The position numbers and the translations under genes were made by a program. Below, piece by piece: positions 26,675-35,399 of a stretch of DNA of 35,601 bases; the first letter of the stretch is position 1, and each line of letters begins with the position of its first letter. The stretch is taken from the IMG/VR virus record IMGVR_UViG_3300014656_000078, positions 1-35,601 of that record; one strand, 5' to 3'. This DNA is from a virus (lineage: Duplodnaviria; Caudoviricetes). The notes below the pieces were generated by a model. It saw only the letters and a program-made list of their open reading frames with translations, did no database searches and was not told the origin of the DNA.

Positions 26675-26997
26675 TCGACTGGACAAGCAAAGGAAACGTC
26701 AGTAACAGCTCTGATAAATATAAAAATATTGTCAATGCTGTTGATAATTTAATCAGAGAGTCCGCGCATATGTTGATTGCCGGTCAGACTCAAAAAGTGG
26801 CAAGACTTATAGTTTCACATCTCGCGCACAAGTGGAATATGTCCCCTTCACCTGTCTGGTTTGGTATTGATATGGGCGCACCGGAAGGTGATAAAGGTTT
26901 TCCATCGCCTTGTTTAGACGAAACAACAAATGCCACAGACGATAGGTCTCTTGAAGCGTGGGGAAAAGTTATTCTGAAACCGAGAGAGAGGTTATAA
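26671..26997 (+). CDS. Hypothetical protein
   Basis: GGAGG RBS; ATGA coupling. Confidence 0.55.
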   Translation: MIDWTSKGNVSNSSDKYKNIVNAVDNLIRESAHMLIAGQTQKVARLIVSHLAHKWNMSPSPVWFGIDMGAPEGDKGFPSPCLDETTNATDDRSLEAWGKVILKPRERL

Positions 26998-26999
26998 TC

Positions 27000-27443
27000 G
27001 TGCTGCAACAGTGGGCAGCACGGTGGGGACTTCCACCGCAGGCGCTGACCGAACTCACGGACGCACTCACAGTCACCGCCAGCCACGCAGATGGTAAGTC
27101 CGAGGCGTATGTGCAGCAACAGGTGAGACTGGAGACTTCCCGACGGGGGGCACGGTTATTCCGGAATAACAATGGGGCCTGTAAGTCTGAGGATGGCCGG
27201 ATGGTACGATACGGTCTCGGGAATGACAGCGCTCAGGTAAACGCCAAGCTGAAGTCTTCAGACCTGATCGGGATTACACCTGTGGGGGGTGTAGGCGTGT
27301 TCACATCTTATGAGATTAAGAAACCCGGATGGCGGTACGCCGGGACACCCCGGGAGGTCGCACAGTTGCGGTGGCTCGAACTGGTCGTGTCGCTCGGCGG
27401 GATCGGTAAGTTTATATCGGATGTGGGGGATTTGGACTTATAA
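27000..27443 (+). CDS. VRR-NUC domain nuclease
   Basis: SEAYVQ, LFRNNNG, SSDLIG, EIKKPG and Q.RWL..V...GG. Confidence 0.85.
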   Translation: MLQQWAARWGLPPQALTELTDALTVTASHADGKSEAYVQQQVRLETSRRGARLFRNNNGACKSEDGRMVRYGLGNDSAQVNAKLKSSDLIGITPVGGVGVFTSYEIKKPGWRYAGTPREVAQLRWLELVVSLGGIGKFISDVGDLDL

Positions 27444-27474
27444 CTGAGAGTTTATTAGAGGAAGGATTTTAATA

Positions 27475-27831
27475 ATGGAATACAAAATCACAGAAAAACA
27501 GTGTAGGGATAGCATCCCTGAGAACGCGGTATGTTCACAATGTGGCGGTGTATTAGAGCCGATAGAAACGGTTGATAATGCCAATGACCCTACATTTTGG
27601 TGTGGCTGCAAAACGTGTTTCCGGTTCGATAATGGTGTCTCCTCGGATTTATATTATATCGCAAAGGAATTGGTGGAGAACCGAAGATACAGGCATTACC
27701 GCCACATTGAGCATAAAGAGGACGATAGCGAAGAAACTAAGGCGTATAAAATAGGATGCCAGATAAGCGGAGCTTGTGGCCTTGTTAGCGATGTCCTGGC
27801 TATCCAGAAAAAAATATCTACTGCCTTATAA
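27475..27831 (+). CDS. Cys-rich hypothetical protein
   Basis: CSQCGG and WCGCKTC. Confidence 0.65.
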   Translation: MEYKITEKQCRDSIPENAVCSQCGGVLEPIETVDNANDPTFWCGCKTCFRFDNGVSSDLYYIAKELVENRRYRHYRHIEHKEDDSEETKAYKIGCQISGACGLVSDVLAIQKKISTAL

Positions 27832-27848
27832 TTTGGAGGATTGAACCC

Positions 27849-28130
27849 ATGCCAGAAGAAATCAAAGAAGATAAACGCTGCGCCACATGCGGAAAAGATG
27901 AAGCCCAGACCGGAAAGCCATGCCCGACCAGGACAGGGTGCTTTACCCCTGATTACAAAAATTGGGAGCCGATTGCGGAAGTGGACAAAGACAACCCTGG
28001 GTGGAAAATCAACTATCTGACTTTTGATAATGAAAATAGCCATGTAACCGTTTCGTTGAGCAGTGTCTCGGGTGGTTGCATCATGGTCGAAATGTCACCG
28101 GATGAAATCGCTAAATTTGCAATAACGTAG
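27849..28130 (+). CDS. Hypothetical protein
   Basis: GGAGG RBS; CATC..C..C cluster. Confidence 0.6.
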   Translation: MPEEIKEDKRCATCGKDEAQTGKPCPTRTGCFTPDYKNWEPIAEVDKDNPGWKINYLTFDNENSHVTVSLSSVSGGCIMVEMSPDEIAKFAIT

Positions 28131-28148
28131 AATGAAACGGAGAGCGTT

Positions 28149-28322
28149 ATGGCAAAAAAATTAGAGATTGTTTCAGGAGAAAATAGCCGTGATTTTTGGC
28201 ATGATATCAATAGCATTAATGCACTGTCTACTGGCGATGATATCCGTGTGGTGTTGTACCATATCGGCTGTAAAATGCAGGAGCTTGAGTCTGAGATAGA
28301 AAAATTAACTGAGATTGAATAG
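28149..28322 (+). CDS. Hypothetical protein (57 aa; not in ORF track)
   Basis: GGAGAGCGTT-ATG; MAKKLEIVSGENSRDFWHDIN...IEKLTEIE. Confidence 0.6.
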   Translation: MAKKLEIVSGENSRDFWHDINSINALSTGDDIRVVLYHIGCKMQELESEIEKLTEIE

Positions 28323-28334
28323 GAGAGCGTTATC

Positions 28335-28571
28335 ATGGAAAGAGTGAAAATAAAAGACGGGACAACTTGGCCGAACCCCGCAGGCGAAAAGTATTCCGAT
28401 CTATCATGGCGACTTAGGTATGACCAAGATGGGTTGACCAGGACTGATTTTTATAATGCGGCTGCGGTCATGAATATGTATTACGATCTGGTCATGAATC
28501 CAGCTTTTACTCTCAAGACCGTCCAAAAGAAAATCAGTGGTATCCGCAAGGCAATAACTGAGAAGGAATAG
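28335..28571 (+). CDS. Hypothetical protein
   Basis: Same GGAGAGCGTTAT leader as the upstream ORF; TWP...LSWRLRY. Confidence 0.65.
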   Translation: MERVKIKDGTTWPNPAGEKYSDLSWRLRYDQDGLTRTDFYNAAAVMNMYYDLVMNPAFTLKTVQKKISGIRKAITEKE

Positions 28572-28580
28572 GAAAGCGAT

Positions 28581-28787
28581 ATGAACCCAGGTCAAAAAGT
28601 AACAACCAAATACGGGCCAGGAACGGTAATTAAAAGAGAGGGATCGGAGGGGATTTTAGCTCACAGATATTTGGTGCTTATTGATCCCTTTTCACCGCCA
28701 AAACACCTGGTAAAATCTCTTAACAAACTCCAAGAAATGCAAGGTGGCCTGGCCTTTTTTGATAATGAATTAAAACCAATAATCTAA
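28581..28787 (+). CDS. Hypothetical protein (possible SH3/KOW-like barrel)
   Basis: PGQKVTTKYGPGTVI. Confidence 0.55.
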   Translation: MNPGQKVTTKYGPGTVIKREGSEGILAHRYLVLIDPFSPPKHLVKSLNKLQEMQGGLAFFDNELKPII

Positions 28788-28878
28788 TGAAAAAAGCTAA
28801 CTGGATAACACCACAAACCGACAAGATATCCAGAAAAAAACTGGATAAACCGCAGAGCGAACCAAAGGGAGAAATAAA

Positions 28879-29163
28879 ATGATAGATCACAAATTTATAA
28901 TTAAAGCTCATAATGCCTGTAAACCAGATAAGGTTTATACTGAAGAAAACGCCATCTTATTTTGTGCAAAAGATAAAGCTGTCCCAAAAATGCTTTTAGC
29001 ATACATGGACACATGTGAAAAATTAGGGTGTGGTATTGAACATCTTGAATCTCTGGCAGCAATGCACACCAGGGTTTTAATATATCAAAGAGATATAGAG
29101 AGCCGTGTGCCTGATACTGAAACCGATTGTGAGATTGACCGTTGTATCGGTGGGAAAGTTTAG
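28879..29163 (+). CDS. Hypothetical protein
   Basis: GGGAG RBS; LFCAKDKA.P..L.AY motif seen in small phage proteins. Confidence 0.65.
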   Translation: MIDHKFIIKAHNACKPDKVYTEENAILFCAKDKAVPKMLLAYMDTCEKLGCGIEHLESLAAMHTRVLIYQRDIESRVPDTETDCEIDRCIGGKV

Positions 29164-29305
29164 GTCACGCATCCAGCAATAACACAATTCTACGGTCTGC
29201 ACTACGCTTGCCGCAGATCGTGGGCATTAACACAGAACAAAGTGTAGGTCGGTCAATTTAATGATGTATAAAGCTTCTCTTTTTTGGGGAGCAAAAGGAG
29301 ACAAA

Positions 29306-29548
29306 GTGAAACAATATAGATGCAAATGCGGCAAGGCCAGAATGTGGAATAGTGGTGAAATGATCCATGACTGTGAGGGTTGTGAAGAATGTAAAACCAC
29401 CTTTGCACAAGCTCCAGAAGATCACCGGGAGCTAAGACCTCATCAATTTGAGGAAATTACAAAAGTCAAATTTGAAAATGGGATTGAAACTATAACGGCC
29501 CACTACGAATATTGTAAACTCTGTTCTTTCCGAGAAAATATAAAATAA
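29306..29548 (+). CDS. Cys-rich hypothetical protein
   Basis: AGGAG RBS before GTG 29306; CKCG, CEGCEEC and CKLC. Confidence 0.6.
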   Translation: MKQYRCKCGKARMWNSGEMIHDCEGCEECKTTFAQAPEDHRELRPHQFEEITKVKFENGIETITAHYEYCKLCSFRENIK

Positions 29549-29600
29549 ACTTTTTAATATAATAACCTGAACTTTGTTCATAATATAAGGAGAGATCACC

Positions 29601-29831
29601 ATGAAGTTTAGCCCAACAACAAAATACCAGATATCAGGGAACCCAGACAACCGTAGAAGCCAAAACAACATGAGTTTAACCTTCCACGAAGACTCAAGAG
29701 GAACCGGCACGGCAATAGGGTGTGATTATAGCTTCCACCACTGGCACAACGACGTTGCCGGGATTATAAAATCACTGGAAAATATGATAGCGGCCTTAAA
29801 AGACTTTCAACTACACACCGGCGAAAAATAA
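29601..29831 (+). CDS. Hypothetical protein
   Basis: AAGGAG RBS; 76 aa. Confidence 0.55.
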   Translation: MKFSPTTKYQISGNPDNRRSQNNMSLTFHEDSRGTGTAIGCDYSFHHWHNDVAGIIKSLENMIAALKDFQLHTGEK

Positions 29832-29877
29832 CTGAGATCATCTAATACCACGATAACCACTAACCGAGGACCTGAAT

Positions 29878-32202
29878 ATGATTCCAGCAGCACTGTCCGC
29901 CATGGCGGAATACCGACAGTTCCTTACATACATTCTCGTTCCGCAACCGGATGGGAAGATGAATAAAATACCAACGGACCCACGGACGGGCAAGGCTTGC
30001 GATCCTCATAATCCCTCCACATGGGTAGACTATGAGACAGCAAGCGCTGCCGGGCCTGTTGCTTTCGTGTTTACTGATCAGGACCCGTTCTTTTTCTTCG
30101 ATATCGATCATTGCAAGCAGCCCGACGGCCAGTGGAACAGTGTGGCTACATGGGCGTGTCAGCAGTTCGCAGGGTGCGCCGTTGAGGTCTCACAGTCCGG
30201 GGAAGGTCTCCACATTTTCGGGGTGGCGCCAGAGGATCTGCCTCATGGGTGCAACTCGGACCCTCTTAACTCTCAGTTCTATACGTCTAAGCGGTTCGTG
30301 GCGCTTACGTTCACTGGGCTGACGGGGGATATCAGTTTCACGCCACCGGTCGAGACGTACCGTGGGTTGATCTCTAATTATTTCACTCAGACGCCAGGGT
30401 CGGTTGTAACCGACGCCAACTGGACGACCGAACCTGATCCTGAGTGGTACGGACCTGAAGACGACTCCGAGTTGATGGCCAAGGCATTTAAGTCCAAGTC
30501 AGCTAAAGCAATACTGGGAGTGGGTGTCACACTCAAGCAATTGTGGGAAGCAGATGAGGCTGCTCTGGCCGGAGTGTATCCGTCAGACAATGATGTGTTC
30601 AACTGGTCTCAGGCAGATGCTGCACTCTGTTCACACCTGGCGTTCTGGACCGGAAAAGACTGTGAGCGCATCCAGCGACTGTGGGAGGCTTCAGCACTGG
30701 GGCAACGGGATAAATTCCATGACCGGCCGGGCTATGTTCAGACCACGATACTCCGGGCTGTCAGTATGTGCAAGGCCGTATATAAGGGCAAGAAACCACT
30801 GCCTGAGCCTGCACCGTATGTTGCCCCTACCGACTGCGCGGTTGGTGAGGTCCGCCTGGGCTACCAGTTTCTGGCGCCGGAGGATCAGTTATCGCTGTTT
30901 GATGGATGTGTTTATGTTCTGGATATTCACCAGAGTTTCGTTCCGTCTGGAGATCTGTTGAAACCTGAGCAATTCCGTGCGCTGTATGGTGGTTATAACT
31001 TCGCTCTGGACTCTGTGAACAGTAAGACAACAAAGAACGCATGGGAGGTATTTACCGAGTCTCAGGCGCTCCGGTTTCCGAAGGCAGGGTCCATCTGCTT
31101 CAGACCTGAGTTACCCCCAGGACAGATAATCTATCAGGACGGACGGGCACTGGTAAATTCATACGTTCCGGTCGCTGTGGACTGTACCGAAGGCGACGCT
31201 GGTCCGTTCCTGGATCTGATGAACCGGCTACTGCCGGACCCACGGGACCGTGAGGTGCTGCTCGCGTATATGGCGGCCTGTGTGCAGCATGTGGGCAAGA
31301 AATTCCAGTGGGCTCCGTTGATGCAGGGGGCCCAGGGGAACGGTAAGACTTTCATTGCTACATGCTTGTCGAGAGCCATAGGGGAGCGGTATACCCATCT
31401 GGTTAATCCGAAGGATGTCGGGAATGTCTTCAATGCGTGGGTACAGGGGAAACTGCTGGCCGTCATCGAGGAGGTTTACACTTCTGACAATGCCGACATG
31501 ATCGAGGATCTGAAACCCCTCATCACGAACAAACGGATACCGATCCAAGGTAAGGGCGCCAATCAGACCACCGGGGATAATCGGGCTAATTTCTTCATGT
31601 GCACAAATCATAAGGACGCTATTAAGATAACTCGTAACGACCGTCGGTTCTGTGTGTTCTATACTCCACAGCAGGAGGCGGAAGATATTAAACGGGACGG
31701 TATGTGGGGTAACTATTTCCCGGAATTGTACGAATGGGGTGATAGCGGCGGGTTTGCTATCGTGGCGTGGTATCTGAAGAACTACCAGATACCCGCAGCA
31801 CTGAACCCTGCCGGCGAGTGTCACCGGGCGCCTATTACCACCAGTACGGAAGAGGCGTTTGAGAACAGTCTGGGTGTTTGGGAACAGAAAGTCCGGGAGT
31901 CATGTGAGGAAGGTATTCCTGGTTTTATAGGGGGGTGGGTGTCTTCCATGGCTGTCAGTAAACTGTTCGACGGGAAGATCTCAACTGCCAAACGGACGGA
32001 GATACTGAAAAACCTTGGATATGAGTCGGTCGGCAGAGCTAACAATGCGATACTATATGAAGGCGGTAAACCTGTCTTATACGTGAAATCCGGCCACCTC
32101 GCGCTGAATATCAAGAGTATGGCTGAGAGGGTCCGCGTGTACTGCGAGGCCCAGGGGTATCTCGCAGTACAGGGGGTTGGGGGTCAGAGCGTTGCTAAGT
32201 AG
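29878..32202 (+). CDS. Primase-polymerase/helicase (NrS-1-like AEP + helical bundle + SF3/DUF5906 helicase)
   Basis: KIP, DIDHC, E.SQSGEGLH and RFVALT (AEP); SQADAAL..LAFWTG (helical bundle); GAQGNGKT Walker A, IEE, TN and DRRF. Confidence 0.9.
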   Translation: MIPAALSAMAEYRQFLTYILVPQPDGKMNKIPTDPRTGKACDPHNPSTWVDYETASAAGPVAFVFTDQDPFFFFDIDHCKQPDGQWNSVATWACQQFAGCAVEVSQSGEGLHIFGVAPEDLPHGCNSDPLNSQFYTSKRFVALTFTGLTGDISFTPPVETYRGLISNYFTQTPGSVVTDANWTTEPDPEWYGPEDDSELMAKAFKSKSAKAILGVGVTLKQLWEADEAALAGVYPSDNDVFNWSQADAALCSHLAFWTGKDCERIQRLWEASALGQRDKFHDRPGYVQTTILRAVSMCKAVYKGKKPLPEPAPYVAPTDCAVGEVRLGYQFLAPEDQLSLFDGCVYVLDIHQSFVPSGDLLKPEQFRALYGGYNFALDSVNSKTTKNAWEVFTESQALRFPKAGSICFRPELPPGQIIYQDGRALVNSYVPVAVDCTEGDAGPFLDLMNRLLPDPRDREVLLAYMAACVQHVGKKFQWAPLMQGAQGNGKTFIATCLSRAIGERYTHLVNPKDVGNVFNAWVQGKLLAVIEEVYTSDNADMIEDLKPLITNKRIPIQGKGANQTTGDNRANFFMCTNHKDAIKITRNDRRFCVFYTPQQEAEDIKRDGMWGNYFPELYEWGDSGGFAIVAWYLKNYQIPAALNPAGECHRAPITTSTEEAFENSLGVWEQKVRESCEEGIPGFIGGWVSSMAVSKLFDGKISTAKRTEILKNLGYESVGRANNAILYEGGKPVLYVKSGHLALNIKSMAERVRVYCEAQGYLAVQGVGGQSVAK

Positions 32203-32516
32203 TGGTAGATGCAGTCGGCGCATTGATGTGTGTCGCGACAACTCATCAGTCTCTTGGCCACGTCACAGTACACCCCATCATCCCTCGGCTTCGGGACCCT
32301 GAACTCTCTGGTGGTTTCTGGAGTACCGAGGATTTCTTCTATGTCGGAGTCCCTGGCGAACACCCTATTGTTATTTTTAATTTCTACTCTATTCGTAAAT
32401 TTTCCAATGACAGTGTTGATATCCCACAATCCTTTTACTATCTGGCAGAGTTCACCAGTGGCTTTAACTCTCCAAGTACTCTCGGTTCCAGGGATTGTTA
32501 CTTTAATCGTTTTCAT
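32184..32516 (-). CDS. Hypothetical protein with C-terminal Cys cluster (paralogue of 32751..33080)
   Basis: GGAGG RBS; FRVP...C...C..CADCIY.YL. Confidence 0.65.
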   Translation of the reverse strand: MKTIKVTIPGTESTWRVKATGELCQIVKGLWDINTVIGKFTNRVEIKNNNRVFARDSDIEEILGTPETTREFRVPKPRDDGVYCDVAKRLMSCRDTHQCADCIYHYLATL

Positions 32517-32761
32517 GCTCTGTCCTCCAGTATTTTAAGTGTGTTATTAACTACTTCCTGCCAGTCAGCAATTGCAACACAAACCAGGAAGTTACTCGCG
32601 GCCTTAATCCGCTCTCTCAGTGCTTCCACTTCTGCGGCCAGGGAGTATATCAGGCCGTCACCTGTGCAGTCTCTCCAGGGCTCGCCATACCGCAGGCAGT
32701 GCAGTCGTCCGGATGGTTCTTGGATCACTGTGTACTTTCCGTTCTGTAGGTCAACTCTCAT
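32513..32761 (-). CDS. Hypothetical phage protein
   Basis: GKYTVI...LRYGEPWRDCTGD motif; GGAGG RBS. Confidence 0.7.
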   Translation of the reverse strand: MRVDLQNGKYTVIQEPSGRLHCLRYGEPWRDCTGDGLIYSLAAEVEALRERIKAASNFLVCVAIADWQEVVNNTLKILEDRA

Positions 32762-33080
32762 TTCCTGTCCTCCATAGATAATCGTAAATACATTCCGAGC
32801 AGTTGATGTGCTTACAGTCCATTCTATGCCCAGCTTTATTACATCTATTGTCAGCGCAACTCACACGGGGTACTTTAAACCCCCGCAGATCTCCCGGTGA
32901 TTCGTGGGCTGTCAGTTCTGAGAACCTTACGAGGTATATCAGTCCGTCGATTTCCACAGATGTGTCCAGTGGTTCGGGATGTTCGTATGTTCGGTAGCTC
33001 AGTCCGGTGGCCAGTATTCTGACCGGGACGCTTCCGAGGGTGTAGGTTGTTGGGCCGGGTATTAGGATTTTCATGATCAC
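32751..33080 (-). CDS. Hypothetical protein with C-terminal Cys cluster
   Basis: FKVP...C...C..CSECIYDYL; AGGAG RBS. Confidence 0.65.
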   Translation of the reverse strand: MIMKILIPGPTTYTLGSVPVRILATGLSYRTYEHPEPLDTSVEIDGLIYLVRFSELTAHESPGDLRGFKVPRVSCADNRCNKAGHRMDCKHINCSECIYDYLWRTGNES

Positions 33081-33244
33081 TCAGTCTCCTCTCTTAAATA
33101 ACAGTTTTCAATCTTATGGACCTGGCCGTCGGTGGTTTCTACCAGTAACTGCCCGTCCATGGTTCGTTTCAGGTTAAATACTTCCTTCTCCACCAGGACT
33201 TTCAGTCCTCTTTTTACTTCCAGTTCTTGTAGGGGGTGGGTCAT
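33077..33244 (-). CDS. Hypothetical protein (55 aa; not in ORF track)
   Basis: AAGGAG RBS; MTHPLQELEVKRG...LREETE. Confidence 0.55.
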   Translation of the reverse strand: MTHPLQELEVKRGLKVLVEKEVFNLKRTMDGQLLVETTDGQVHKIENCYLREETE

Positions 33245-33261
33245 TGGTCAGTCTCCTTATG

Positions 33262-33585
33262 TTATTGGAAATAAAAACTGTCAACAACCTTATCAGTAAG
33301 GTTGTCCTTGAAGGAATCATCAACATCAAGCTTCTTGATATATTTTTTTAACTTTTCCCTTGCTAATTTTCTCTTTGCTGCCCGTTCGAGAACATCTGGG
33401 GACTTAGGGCATTTTGAGGCTATTGTCTCGGAACTAAAGTTTGGAGAATATTTAACTCTGCATCCACATTTGAATTTTCTGGTCTCATTCCACTCACCTG
33501 AACAATGCTGATTGTCTTTTTCTTCATAAACAGGCGAAGATCCGCAAGTTGGGCATATATTATATGTTATGTGTTCAAGATACAT
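33262..33585 (-). CDS. Cys-containing hypothetical protein
   Basis: AGGAGG RBS; CPTCG and FKCGC. Confidence 0.65.
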   Translation of the reverse strand: MYLEHITYNICPTCGSSPVYEEKDNQHCSGEWNETRKFKCGCRVKYSPNFSSETIASKCPKSPDVLERAAKRKLAREKLKKYIKKLDVDDSFKDNLTDKVVDSFYFQ

Positions 33586-33588
33586 GAT

Positions 33589-33759
33589 TTACACCTCCTT
33601 GTTATCCGGCAACGCTCCGGGCAGTCTACTGTCGATGCTTCTCAGCACCTCGATTATTTCGTTTAACTTCCAGTACCAACAGACTATTTCCCGGGCGACC
33701 AGGAAAACTGTTATTAGTATTATGAAGGCTGTCAGTGCTGCGGTTGCGAGTGTGTTCAT
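33589..33759 (-). CDS. Small single-pass membrane protein (56 aa; not in ORF track)
   Basis: MNTLATAALTAFIILITVFLVAREIVCWYWKLNEII...; GGGAG RBS. Confidence 0.6.
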   Translation of the reverse strand: MNTLATAALTAFIILITVFLVAREIVCWYWKLNEIIEVLRSIDSRLPGALPDNKEV

Positions 33760-33760
33760 G

Positions 33761-33934
33761 TTATCTCCCAGTATATTCAGTGCTTACTTTTAGGAAAGTT
33801 CGTTCGGCGGATTTAAATCCTGAATACAAACCGACGAAAATTATACCAAAACAAAATCCTATAGGCCATAATATTATAGACGCCAAGGACATCAGCCATA
33901 CAACATCTTCGTACCATTTCGTGTTACTCTTCAT
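33761..33934 (-). CDS. Small membrane protein (57 aa; not in ORF track)
   Basis: GGAGG RBS and TAATG coupling; hydrophobic core VVWLMSLASIILWPIGFCFGIIFVGLY. Confidence 0.55.
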   Translation of the reverse strand: MKSNTKWYEDVVWLMSLASIILWPIGFCFGIIFVGLYSGFKSAERTFLKVSTEYTGR

Positions 33935-34803
33935 TACACCTCCTCCAGTAAATTCAATATCAATCGGTTGACGGATATTCCTTCGGCGGCTGCGTGGGCT
34001 TTCAGGGCTTTAGCGTTGGCCTTGGGGATGCCGGGGATTAGTTTGTTATGTTTGGGTCCGTCGGTTTTGGTAGCAGCTTCCAGGGAGTCTATAGAATAAG
34101 TGTTCAATAGGTCAAGGATAATCTGATTGACCGATAGACCGGAATACTCCGAACCCCCTTTCAGTTCTGCCATCAGTTTCTCGGGGATGCCGTTTATCAG
34201 TTTAGAGACTGTCTTGACTTCGGGAGCAGTAACTGCTGGCCCTGGAGGTAATGCCGCTTTCTCTGCTATTTTATCCCTCACTATCTGGGAGTTTACTTTT
34301 CGGAAAATATGGTCCGGAATACCGACGACGTTTTTAGTGACCAGCCCGGCAGTAGAAACATCTTCCCGTATCGTGACTGTCACATTACCGCAGGAGATGA
34401 TTATTGTCTTATCGTACATTATTTCCCCGGTCTTTCCGCGCTGAGTGTCTTCCAGCATCTTTGCGACATTCGCCGGAATCAGAACACCTGTTATCTTGTA
34501 AATTTCGTCAAGGTGGCTGTGATTTGGAACGGTTGCGAACTTCCATTCTTCTTCAGGGAAAAAAGCAGAAGAAACCACCGGGCCTTTAAATCTCTCCAGA
34601 TATATTTTATCTCTACCTCCGTTTCTGACCTTAAAATTACCTTCTTCTATTCCAGTTGTGTCCACATTGAATACAACTGTAGACTTTCTTGTGGACGTTG
34701 TGATGGTTTCTGGAGTTACAGAGATGATATTTCCGTGACTTACAGACATACAGGCTTTGATTGTTGAGAAAACGTAAATGTTCTCTCTCTTAGTTAGAAG
34801 CAT
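33934..34803 (-). CDS. Putative DNA-binding protein with tandem ribbon-helix-helix-like repeats
   Basis: KLINGIPEKLMAELK...GLSVNQIILDLL and KLIPGIPKANAKALKAHAAAEGISVNRLILNLL resemble Arc/HicB-type RHH domains. Confidence 0.6.
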   Translation of the reverse strand: MLLTKRENIYVFSTIKACMSVSHGNIISVTPETITTSTRKSTVVFNVDTTGIEEGNFKVRNGGRDKIYLERFKGPVVSSAFFPEEEWKFATVPNHSHLDEIYKITGVLIPANVAKMLEDTQRGKTGEIMYDKTIIISCGNVTVTIREDVSTAGLVTKNVVGIPDHIFRKVNSQIVRDKIAEKAALPPGPAVTAPEVKTVSKLINGIPEKLMAELKGGSEYSGLSVNQIILDLLNTYSIDSLEAATKTDGPKHNKLIPGIPKANAKALKAHAAAEGISVNRLILNLLEEV

Positions 34804-34835
34804 TTAGACCCCCTATAAATAGTTAATGTTGATGC

Positions 34836-34864
34836 AATGTATCATGGTATTTACACCCTGTCAA
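34836..34864 (-). promoter_or_regulatory. Sigma70-type promoter of the leftward (probably early) operon
   Basis: On the minus strand: TTGACA-17 bp-TACATT, about 30 bp upstream of the 34803 start. Confidence 0.75.
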
Positions 34865-35399
34865 GCTAAAAGTTTGTTATATAGGGTGGGAGTAAGGGTT
34901 TAGGCGGTGGGTATTTTAAGAGCCTACAGCACCAAGGGTTTTGGACGGCGGAAAATAAAAAACCCCGATAACCCAGTTTTTTCATATCCTTTTGACTATT
35001 TTATGGTTGTAAAATACTGCTTATTATATACAGTTAGTTTATAGACCTCTCTTTTAATCTATAGAGATTACTGTAGAAGTCACAGGGTATTTTAGGGTTA
35101 TCTCTCTGTATTCTATTATAAGTATCTATTATTATTATTACTATTTAATACACTTAATAGAATAATATAGAAGGGTAGTAATAATAAAAGAAATAAAGAA
35201 TAACAGTAACTTAACTAAACCCTAAAGTAGAAATATACAGAAGGGTGGTGAGGGTACAGAGAGAACGCTCGAAATGATTCCATTGTGGTTTTACGGACGT
35301 GAGGGTTGAGAGACATGCTGACGAACAGGGTTCTTCCTAAAACGAAGAATTTAAGGCACTGAGGGCTGCGAGAGGGTGTAATTCGGTTGGATGTCGGCT

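Noticed and set aside
31228-32777. Long alternative ORFs (31228-31824 minus, 32202-32777 plus)
   Set aside because: These are shadows of the primase-helicase and of the minus-strand early genes.
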